DNA of 64,000 nt from Candidatus Latescibacterota bacterium (lineage in GTDB: Bacteria > Krumholzibacteriota > Krumholzibacteriia > WVZY01), in the NCBI GenBank assembly GCA_011772205.1, contig WVZY01000057.1, positions 6,190-70,189 on the forward strand, given 5' to 3'. The notes beneath the pieces were generated by a model. It saw only the letters and a program-made list of their open reading frames with translations. It was not told the DNA's origin and ran no database searches. Positions 9,211-20,200 of this stretch are shown one piece after another. The position numbers and the translations under genes were made by a program. Numbering within the stretch: position 1 is the first letter of the stretch; every line of letters starts with the position of its first letter.

Positions 9211-11203
9211 GCTTCTCTATTTCACCTTTGGTCTTCATCAAGAAACGCTTAGCCTTGATATTGTTTGGTTCGATCTTCAGAGCCTTTTCCCAGCTTTCGA
9301 TAGCTTTATCGTATTGCTCCTGAGAGTAGAATTGCATTCCCACGAGAAGATATGCCTTTGTTAGTATGTTCGATACATCGTGAAAATCGGGATCAATGGT
9401 CCACAGCTCCAATAGTGAGCGAGTCGCTCTATCGAAATCACCTGCTTCAAAATAATCCATGCCTCTCTTATATCTCGTCTCCATCGCCGCAAGATCGACA
9501 TGTGGCTTTTCGCGCTCGACGGTGTCAGGCTTTCGTGGTATCTTCTGCTGCTCCTTACTTTGCGCCTCTGCGAGTGCTTCTTTATGCTTTTGCCTCAAGA
9601 TCTCGATCTCGGACATGATCATCTGGTCATTCGGTACATACATGAGAGCTTGCTCCAGGGCTTTGATGGCTTCATAGTACTCTTCCTTGCTCGCCAATGT
9701 CCTGGACCGCAGAGTGAGGCGCTGCTTGACATTCGCAATATTTACTTGAGCTTTCTGTCTGTACTCCTGAGCGAGAATATTCGTCGGCTGAATCTTCAGG
9801 ATCTCTTCGAAGGCAAGGAGAGCGTCCGAGAACCTTTGGTATGCGTACAGGTCGATCCCTTTCCTGAGGAGCTGATCGATTAGGAGCGCTTGATCTCGCG
9901 ATTCGGATAACCTCTGCTCGCAGGCTCGAATATGAGATGCTGCTGTCGAATCACCGGGGATGCTCATGAGCGCCTGCCTGAAATGATAGATAGCCTGCAA
10001 GCAGTCCGCTTCTTTCATGAAAGCGAGACCTTTGTTCAGGGAGATGTTGTATTTCGCTTTGACCAGGCGGTCGCGGGCATGTTCGTTTTCGGGATCCCAG
10101 TAAAGAACGATTTCGTATGATCCAATTGCATTTTCGTAATCTTTTTGTACAAAGAATCTGTCAGCTTTCTCGATGGAGCTGGTTATTTGTTCCTGCTCGA
10201 TCGAATCCATTTTTCTATTTATCTCGGCATTGATCTCTTCCTCAAGTTCTCGCCTTGCTTTTTCTCTCGTCTCATCCGTGGAAAGGCCGAATGATACCGA
10301 TAGAGAAATACGATGATTCGATCCGAGGTCTTCGTCTCTAAACGCATAGTCCACGGTGAGCATCCGATATGCCGCGCCGAGTCCGAAGGTAGGTGTCGTA
10401 TCGTCGATGCCCGCGCGCAGGAAGAAGCGGTCGAGTATTGTAATTTCCTCCCCGAACCTGAAAGAAAATGGGGAATACCTCGGATTTACCAAATCGATGG
10501 AGGTGATGAAGCTGACCTTGTCGAATTCTGATAGTGCGGATACTCCGAATACCACCCGCATTGGATCGGAGACTTTTTCCTGATCGAGTTTGACGGAAGG
10601 TTCTATGATGTTCTGTATGGCAAGGCCTTCTCGGAGTTCTTTGATGAAGCGCGTATTCTTGATCTGTTGGCTCGATGCTAATCCGACATCTATACCGACG
10701 CCTGAGCCGCTGAGTTCTCCGAAAGATTGATTGTCTATTTTCAAGTTAAAGCCGGCCGAGAAGCCAGAATGCACATTCTTGGCATATCCCAGCAAGATGC
10801 GGGTCTGGCTGTTTTTCAAATCACTTGACAATAGCTGATTGTTATCGTCTCTCTCTTCTATCCCGCTGATGTCCAGTCTGAGAATGCTTATACCCAGAGT
10901 GCCATAGTTCAGGGTGGGATGTGTGTAACTCACGGTATGGTAAAGTGACTTCGAGTCGAAAAGAACCGTACGGAAGAACTGAAACTGCTTCCACTTAATA
11001 TCGGCCAGCAATGCGGGATTGAAATACTGCACGGCGGGATCTCCCTTGAGGCTCGTATAGGCGAGTCCCATGCCGGAGGCCCTGGCTCCCACTCCGATAA
11101 CAAAAGGCAGCTCGGTCCCGTAAGAGTCGGCATGAGGCGCCCTCGGCATAGCTGCTGCCAAGATGACGCTGAGCCAGGCGACGCAAAGAGAGCGCTTTTT
11201 CAT
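9188..11203 (-). CDS. Outer-membrane PorV/PorP(SprF)-like FadL-superfamily beta-barrel fused to a C-terminal TPR-repeat domain
   Basis: Start ATG at 11203 (MKKRSLCVAWLSVILAAA signal peptide) overlaps the stop of the giant upstream gene by 4 nt (ATGA). N-terminal about 300 aa carry GARASGMGLAY...DPAVQYFNPALLA, characteristic of the PorV/PorP family. About 400 aa of TPR/Sel1-like helical repeats follow. Confidence 0.6.
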   Translation of the reverse strand: MKKRSLCVAWLSVILAAAMPRAPHADSYGTELPFVIGVGARASGMGLAYTSLKGDPAVQYFNPALLADIKWKQFQFFRTVLFDSKSLYHTVSYTHPTLNYGTLGISILRLDISGIEERDDNNQLLSSDLKNSQTRILLGYAKNVHSGFSAGFNLKIDNQSFGELSGSGVGIDVGLASSQQIKNTRFIKELREGLAIQNIIEPSVKLDQEKVSDPMRVVFGVSALSEFDKVSFITSIDLVNPRYSPFSFRFGEEITILDRFFLRAGIDDTTPTFGLGAAYRMLTVDYAFRDEDLGSNHRISLSVSFGLSTDETREKARRELEEEINAEINRKMDSIEQEQITSSIEKADRFFVQKDYENAIGSYEIVLYWDPENEHARDRLVKAKYNISLNKGLAFMKEADCLQAIYHFRQALMSIPGDSTAASHIRACEQRLSESRDQALLIDQLLRKGIDLYAYQRFSDALLAFEEILKIQPTNILAQEYRQKAQVNIANVKQRLTLRSRTLASKEEYYEAIKALEQALMYVPNDQMIMSEIEILRQKHKEALAEAQSKEQQKIPRKPDTVEREKPHVDLAAMETRYKRGMDYFEAGDFDRATRSLLELWTIDPDFHDVSNILTKAYLLVGMQFYSQEQYDKAIESWEKALKIEPNNIKAKRFLMKTKGEIEKLGGVSNE

Positions 11204-14200
11204 CGGAGCACCCCTACTTTTCGTTTGAGGGTCGATTGTTGGCCACCCACAGCCCGAATCTCGAGGACGAGGTAATAAACTCCGTTGTTCACCACGTCTC
11301 CCTCGTCGTTTCGTCCATCCCATACGACATCCTGATGGAGCCCTGGATTCGAGAGTTTGTTGGACAGCAGCGTCTTAACCGGTGCTCCCCAAAGCGTGTA
11401 AAGCTCCAAAGTCACATAGGACTGATTGTCCAAGTAATAAGTGATCCTTGTTTCCTCTCTTCCAGCAGCAAATGGATTGGGATAATTGGTGAAGCCTTCT
11501 TTGTTGTCCGCACCGAGGATGTGCGCGGTCCCGCTCTTGAGTGGGTACCCCGTTCCACCGATCGTTCCAACCGACATCACCCCGCTCGTAGTTGCGTCTT
11601 CTACTGCAACGGAAGCGCTGTCCTCAATGACGAACCTGATATTCTCTCCGGCTGATTGTGTGCTAACATCCACATCGAAGAACAGCGTGTCGGTTGTGCC
11701 AGCGGTAACAACAATCAGTCCCGCTGGAATCGTGATCGATATCTCGCTATTGGTGATCTGACCGGTGGCGATCACGCTATCCTTGCTGGACAGATACGCG
11801 CCGGAAAGGAGTTGCGAAGGATCCAAAATTCGTCCCTTTATATTTTCGATTCTCACAGTGAGGGACCGGAATTCGATATCCGTTGAACCTTCCGGGTTAC
11901 CGTTTTGGATGAGGAGATCAAAAGCAGGAATCCCGGGTTGCACGGTGCTGATGTTACTCGGAAGTTTGGATTCCAGTCCGCAGAGGGCGAGGCTGCTCGG
12001 CAATCGTAACGCTCCGGGATTGGTGACGAGCGGGAAAGAGCCCGAGATCTCATAGATCCTGGAGCGGTCGTTCGAATCGAACAGCACAAGCTGATCTTTG
12101 TTGATCCGCATTTCGAATACTGCCGGCGTGTAAGAGCTTTTGGTATCCAGTACGATCTGCAGTGTCTCGGATGCCGCAGGGGCAACGGTGAGCGGAGGAT
12201 TGAGCGTGAGCTCGGCGATTGCGAAGCTGCTGCTCAGGGAGGAGTTGGTGGATAAAGTGTCGCCATTGTGCAGCAAACGCAGGTTGCTGAAATATCCTCC
12301 AGGGAAGAGCGGCGTTCCGCCAAGTTCTGAGAAGATGACGGCAATAGAGTCGAGCTCCACTGATGATGCCGATGAAGTATCTGAGTGGGTTAGGGCGATA
12401 TCCATTACGGGAATGGATTGCATCGACGGCAGGAGCGTCGGCGGGAGCGTGCTGAGATGTGAAACGGCCACTCCGGAAGCGGGAGTTTGGAATAACATCA
12501 TGGAGGATAACAACGGGAAGCCAGGAGAACCGCTTTTGGGAACTACCTTGATCAATTGGCCCGAGTTGAAGTCACGCGCTATGATGGCGAGTGGATCGTT
12601 CACGCTGAGATAGAAACCATCCGTCAGGGGAAATGCCTTCAGATCCACCAGGATATCGATATATTTTTCGCTCTGAGGCTGAAGAACGAGCGGGCTTCCT
12701 AAATTACACACAAGCTGGTTACCGGTTACCGGAATATCCTCGGTTGTATAAATGACTGAGCCCGACGTTGACAGGGATATCTTGCGTATGACTGCATTCG
12801 GGGGAATAGTTGCACCCGTTGTATCGTAAAAGCTCAGGGTTAGACGCGTCAGCAGCTCACTGGCTGATGTGAGATCACCACCGTTTAGCAACTCAAGCTG
12901 TAGTGGGGCGACGTTGTCCTGAGCAACGTTGGCGAAAACAGTGTCCGCTGCTGCGGCAGACACGAATAGTGTTTCGGCGGGTGCGTTGATATCGATATCG
13001 TTTGTTACCCATGGGAAAGACGCCTGCGAGGAAAGCGTGACGGCGGCGGAATCGTTCGAATCGATCACCCTGATATCATCGATTTGATCGATCCTGATTC
13101 TGAATGATGTGAATGCGGCACTATCTGAAAGCTGACAGAAAGCATCCAGAACGAGATCGTCCCAAGGTAAAACCGAGATGGACGGCTCGACATCCAATGT
13201 CACTGGATTCGTAGAAGAATCCACGAGCACGAACGTATGCTGGCCACTATTCGGATTTATGAGCGATAAGCTTTTGAGAATACTATTTGGTGGTAGAGGA
13301 GAAGCGGCACCATCTTCGAAGCTCAGAGTAAGTTTATCAAGCAAGGTGGTAGCGGAAAGGCTGTCGATAACGTCGTGTTTGCATTGAAGCTCGAACAGAT
13401 GCACGTTTTCCTGGCCGCGATTGGCACTGGTAGGGCTGAGATCGTTGAGAGCGATAAAAATATCGTGAGGTCTATTTTGGATTTGAGCGTCGTTCGAACA
13501 TGAAAATTCGGATATTTCCAAACTATCGCCGGTGAAAGCATTGCCGCAGAAGCTGATGTCGCCTGTGGATGCGGCCACATAGGTCCAAATGACCGTAGTA
13601 TCGGTTCCCGCTGGGAGATCGAATGAGCTGGCGGACGGACCGGTTTGGTAATTAACGACACCGGAGCCGGTTGTGCTTATGATCGAGGGTGAGATTTCTG
13701 ACAGAGGTGTTGCCCCCTCATTTCGAACCCTCATGGAAAGGACAATACTTTGACCCATGCTATAACTTGAGCGATCGGTATGGAGGGACGTGAGCAGGGG
13801 ATCTGTCGATATTGTTTGCTCGAACGGATTGACAATAGCAGCATCGATTGGACCGTCGTTTCCAGACGCCACCTGGATGCTATTAGTAGGGATTCTTGCC
13901 TGGAAAGTAGATTCGTCGGTAGCTACATTCGATACCGAGAACGTAACGTAGCATTTGAGACCCGATGACGGAATCGCCTCAGACAGTCCCGTAGGATTCT
14001 GCCAAGCGCTTCCATTCCAAACGAGGATGGAGAGGAATCGATCATCGGAAGAACTGAATCCCAAGGGATTCCCTCCGTCTTCCGCCCACAGCTTCAAAAT
14101 TATAATGTCCTGACCTGTCACCGCTGTCCCATTGTTCTGCACTGCGACAGACTTGAGGACATCAGTCAGCGTTCCGTTTGACGGAATAGTAAATGCAAGG

Positions 14201-17200
14201 GCAAGAACATCATCTTCGCCAAGGGCGGCGCGGTAAGGGGGAACCGGATCTGTGTTAATTTGCGCGGCAATCATCCCATCGGTGAAGTCCACACCGGGAG
14301 AATTGATCGGGAATTCACCTTGGATTTCGATCGAGCTGCTGGATAGGGTGATGTCAGCGCTTGAGTTTAGCTGAAGATTGAAGCTGACAGAATCCCTGAC
14401 TGCAAGGATCGCATCGTATGAGACGAACAGGTAGGTTATCCGTTTCGGACTCAGAGCCAGTCCGAGTGTATCGAGAGTGTAATAGTTGTTGTCGTGATGT
14501 CCAATTGCGAGGAGGCTGTCTGATGCAGGATCGAACAGTCCGTTCGAATCGATATCAGCAAAAGCATGAACCACCTCGATCTCACTGTTCACAACGGTTC
14601 CGGTCTGGAAAAGTTTGAGCGTCTCGACATTGAACGATGACGAATATCCGTTGTAAAAGCCTATACCAAAGTTGAGTTCATTCTTCGCGCCGGGATACAC
14701 GTATTTGTCACCTACGGAATAGGGGAATACCGTGAGCTCATTGGGCTTGGGTATCAATTGGATCGAGGGATTGATAACGGATGCATCGATAGGACCATCA
14801 TTTCCGGACGCCACCTCAATGCCTGAAGTAAGAATCTCGAACTGGATCGATGCACTGGTGGAGTACGTCGTATGGAGATCGGCCGCGGCGAAAAATCTCG
14901 TACGCTGCCCGCAAGGCATGGTGAGCGGTACGGCCATTGCTGGCATCAAATAAGTTTTGCTGCCCATATCAACAAAGTCGCCGAGGTAGCTGTCGTCACC
15001 CGAGCCTGTGTCGAATGTTCCATTGCCTCCATCGGCATACAAAGCCAGACGAGAGAAATGTTCCGAGTTCGCACTGCCCTGGTTGAAGATCTCGATGGAT
15101 TTCAACGTATCCAATTCGTAACCATTTGCCGGGATCGAGAAGTCGAGGACGAGAATATCGGTAATCTCAGTAACGATGAGACTGTCGGCAGTCGGAAAGA
15201 CTTTGATCTGATGAGCCAGCATGCCATTTATAACTAGCGGCTCCGGCGTTTCCAAGGGGAAGAACCCGACAATTGGCTTAGATGCGTCGAAATGCAGTGA
15301 TGAAGCGGATGGTATTTCTATTTTGAGCGTGTCGCCGTCACGTGCGCATGAGGAGTCGATGTCGCATGCAAAGAGTAGGTGGATGGTTTCACCGGCTGAG
15401 AGTGTCTTGGTGATGTTGCGAGCAACAAGAGATCCTCCCGAGAAAAGGAGGCTATCAGCCAGCAATTGATCCCATGCGTCTACGTTCCCATTGCCGTCGT
15501 CCGAATAGATCTTCAATCGCGCGATCTCTCCGTCCAGTTCGGCCGGTGCACCTGCGCCCGACGACATGTTCGACACGGACAACGAATCCAGCGTAAGGCT
15601 CTGCAGGGTGTTGTTATTGATGCTCGCCATTAAAATCGAAACATCCGCTGCACCAGGACGCGGCCAGCCGGCAGGGATCGGCTGGTTGGCAACTTCGATC
15701 TGTTCGATTCTTTTGATCGTATGAGTGGAATCTCCTGCTATTAGATAGTCGATGGGGCCGTCGTTTGCTGACATCACTCCAACGCCCTCGATGGGGATGG
15801 CCGGCCTGAAATGGTCTCCATCGTTTGCGTTGGTCGAGATGTCTGCAACGACGTAGAACTTGCGCGCAGCGCCCACAGGGATTTTGATCCCTGATATCTC
15901 GAAGCGGTCACCCGAGAAAACCATATTTCCAAGGGGGAGATCGACTCCAGGATCGAATACAGCATCCCCGTCATCCAGATAGAGCCGCAGCGCGCTGAAA
16001 TCTGCCGGAGAAAAATCTCCTGACACATCCATTACTGATAGTGCAGTGAGCGTATCCGCCTCATAACCGTTCTGCGGAAATGCAGCAGTGAGGAGCAGGT
16101 TGTCGGAAGCACCCGAACTAAGGGTGTCCAGGCTCGAAGGCGTCACAGAGATCTGATGCGAGACCATTCCGTCGATAACGAGGTACCCATAGGAGTTGAC
16201 GGGGTATAAAGGAGAAAAGTCCTCCAGTACATCGGTGCTATCCGTGAAAACGACATCGAAGGGAGATAGCAATATGGCATCCAGCTTGTCGCCGTCGCGG
16301 GCAAGAAAAGAGTCGATCGTCACTGCAACAAAGAGGTAGCTGGTATCCCCAGCAGGGATTGCCAATCCTCCGTTGATGGCGAAAGTAGTCCGCCCCGAAA
16401 CGAAGAAGGAAGTCGAAACGAGTGTGTCCGCTGCGGATAGCGTCCTGCTGGAATCCACATCATGATATAAAAAGAGCGAATCGAACTCGGCATCGAGTTC
16501 AAACTGCCCCCCTGGGCCGATAGTTGCATTCGTGACGATCAACGTGTCGAGGTAGCGGCTGCTTGAATATTGATTGTGGAATTCCAAAGCGAGAACCGCT
16601 TCATTGCTTGTTCCTGGATAAACGTCCTCCACGGATAGTGGAACCGCCTTGATGATGATCCTCGGGATATCGATATCGATGCTGTTCCGCCCGGCCGTTG
16701 ATATCGTATCGCTGTACGCTTTGCCATAGTCGTCCGTTCCGGCGAAGGTGATCGTGAGGTCGTATGTCGCGGGTGCAACAATTCCGGTTGGGACGGGAGA
16801 AGGGAGGAATGCGATGGTGAAATCATCCGCAGAAGGCGGTACATAAGTTGGATTCCCGAGCCTGGCCTGATATACTTTTGATCCATCCGTAAAGGAGATC
16901 GTCGAAGCGGTATCGAGCATCACGCCCACATTGGTCGAGTTGTCCATCCCGATGCGAAGCGCGAGCTGAGGATCCTCCACATTGGCTGTCGATGGGTACA
17001 GAGAATTGGGAGAATCTCTTAGAATCACGCGTTCTATCACGGTCACTTCGACGGAATCGCTGTTGTTGATAGTGTTCGGGTCTTCTTGATCAACGTTCGA
17101 GATCGAAGCGATGTTGGTGATCATGGAATCCACCGTTCCAGAATCGACGGTGGCCGTGATGATCAGCGTGGCGGTATCAGCGCCCGCGAGAACGCCCACG

Positions 17201-20200
17201 GTCCAGATCCCCGTGCCGCTAACATATGCCCCCTGGCTGGTTGTATCTGAATGGTATGTAACTCCCTGCGGAAGGAGATCCGTTACCTCGATTACTGCGG
17301 CGGTGTCCGGGCCATTGTTTATGAGCATGACGGTATAATTGAGAGAGTCGCCTTCATATGGCATCGTGACATCGGCTGATTTCACGATCTCGAGATCGGA
17401 GCTTTGAACGACGATATCGAACGACGCGATGTTGTTCGTCGTGTCTGGGTCGGCCTGATCGGCACCTAAGATTGTGGCGATATTTGTGATCGTTGAAGCA
17501 CCCGTTCCGGGATTGACAGTAGCGGTGAGCAGTAGAGTTGCGGAATCAGAGGAGGCCAGTGTGCCCACCGCCCAGACGCCCGTAGCACTCACATAGCTGC
17601 CCTGACTCGTTGTATCGGATTGGTACGTGATCCCAGCGGGCAAGAGGTCGGAAACTTCAATTCCCGTCGCAGTGTCCGGCCCCAGGCTGGCCAGCTTGAT
17701 GGTGTAAGTGAGCGTATCCCCAACACTTGGTGATGGGTTGTCGACGATCTTAGAGATTTCGAGATCCGCTCCTTGGACGGTGATGACTGTTGTGTCAATG
17801 TTGTTGATTGCATTCGTGTCAGGTTGATCGGAAGCTGTGATACCGGCAACATTGGTGATCATTGAACCGGCCGTTCCTGCATCGACGGTCCCATTGATTA
17901 CGAGTGTCGCGATTGCGGAATTCACGAGGGCGCCCACCGTCCAAAGCCCCGTACTGCTCGCGTACGTACCCTGGCTGGGGGCGTCGGCTAGATATGTCAC
18001 TCCCGCCGGTAGGAGGTCTGTTACTTCTACGCCCGTGGCATCGTCGGGTCCGTTGTTGGTTACTGTAATGGTGTAAGCGAGGGTGTCCCCTTCATTGGGT
18101 ATCGAGTCGTTCACCGCTTTTGCAATTGACAAATCCAGTGTTGCGGCATCGCGGAAGGCCACATAAAAATAAGCGTCGCCGTTTCTATTGACATCGTTGA
18201 GAGCTCCAATCTGGAAACCATCGGGCAGGAAGGTTTGAATGCCATCACTGAAAGCCGCACCGGGATCCATCGGCAGCGTATTGTCACCGGGTAGAGAAGA
18301 GGGTCGATGAACGGCCGGAGAGCCATTCGGACCACGCGTGAGGATCATATAACGGGGCTGCAGGCCAACTCCTGTAATATCTCGATTGTCCAACCCATTC
18401 CCCAGATACAGATTTTCGGCAATTCTGCCTGGTATTCTGTTCCATGCCACGCAGTGGTGGGCGATGCCTGTTTTATTGACCGTATTGTGACTGCCAATTT
18501 GGAATCCGGTTGGTTCGAAATTCTGTATCCTGTTGGTTCTTTCGTCGCTTGACTGGAAGGGTAGGCTTGCATCAAGCGGTTCGGAGGCAAACCGCTGCAT
18601 CGCATCTTCGCCATCCTCGCTCATTATGATCACATAAGCAGGGGAAAACCCGACGCTGCCGATGCTCCGGTTGTCCGTGCCGTTACCAACGTACGAATCC
18701 ACCACCATCTGCCCCGGAGCTGCGAGAAATGCGGTCCAGTAGTAGGTGACTCCTGGCGCGTTCACCTGTGCTCCCGAGCCAATCCTGAATCCATTCGGCA
18801 TAAAGGTGGTAATGAGATTGCTCAGCAACGCTGAGTTTGTCCCAAGCTCCTTGGAAACATCTCCGACCATCGTGGACGTCCTGGCCACCGCTGGTTCATC
18901 GTTGTCTCCTTTGATGATCACGAGATCTGGCCAAAACTGGAGGCCTGTTATCGGATGATTGTTGGATCCATCCCCCAGATAGCTGCCCGTGACTATCTGG
19001 AAGTCTTCATATTGAACAGAGATGTTGGCGGTGTCGAAGTTGTTGGCACTATTCGTATCTGCCTGATCAACGGCGATGAGTGTTGCCGTGTTGACAATGA
19101 TAGTCCCCAGCGTTCCCAAGTTCACGGTGGCGACAATATCCAACGTTGCGCTACCGCCGTTAGAGATAGCACCGACAATCCACCTGCCGGTAACGCTGCT
19201 GTAACCACCTTGGCTGGGAGTATCGGAGACATACGTAACTCCCGCCGGGAGCAGATCCAGGACTTCGACGCCTGTCGCATCGCCGGGGCCGTTATTTGTC
19301 AGTGTGACCGTGTAGGTGACGGTGTCCAATTCGCTGGGAACCGGATTATCGACGATCTTGGCGACCGCCAGGTCGAGGGCTGGTGCGGTGCGGAAAGCCA
19401 CCCAATAGAATTTTTCTCCATTATCATTGACGGCAACGTCCGAACCAATTTGGAACCCATCGGGCAAGAATGCCTGGATGCTGTTGCTAAGCGCGCTGTT
19501 CCCCGGAATAAGGAAACAAAAATCTCCTACGAGGGAGGCGGGACGATGAAAAGCCGCGTAATTGCTGCCGTCATGCTTGATTAGCATGTATTCGGGTTGA
19601 AAACCGACTCCGGTGATATCCCGGTCATCGGATCCATCTCCCGTGTAGTCATTGCCCGCTATTTTCCCCGGCGATACTTTCCAAGCCGCGTAATGGAAGG
19701 CGACCGACGATTGGTTGACATTTGGATGTGACCCAACCTGGAAGCCGCTGGGTTCGAATGCCTGGATCAAGTCGGGTTCTTCGGCGGCTGGAGTGAATTG
19801 TATGCTTCGATCGCCTGTCTGTGTGGGGAATCGCTGAATGGCCTGGCGTGGCGATTCACTCATTACGATTACGTAATCAGGTTGGAATCCGACGGTCGGG
19901 ATACTCCGATCGTCACTGCCATCACCAAGATAAGATCCGACTGCCAGCTCGTTCGGTGCTGCTTTGAACGCAATCCAGTAAAAGTCAATCCCCGGCTCGT
20001 TGACTTGGAAATCCGATCCAATCGTGAAGCCGTCGGGGTCCAGCGATTGAATTCTATTGCCCACTAGGCCTGTTCCGGCTCCGAGTGCTTTCGAAGTATC
20101 ACCCATCATGCTGGATGAGCGCGTGATAGTGGATTCGTTGTTATCTCCTTTGATGATAACGAGATCGGGCTTGAAGCCAATACCTGTTATAGGGGTGTTA

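Noticed and set aside
18955-19584. 209-aa +-strand ORF and many 60-130-aa ORFs on both strands within 11200-20829
   Set aside because: All lie inside the continuous 3209-aa giant ORF, whose domain content (DUF11, CTD) validates the minus-strand frame.
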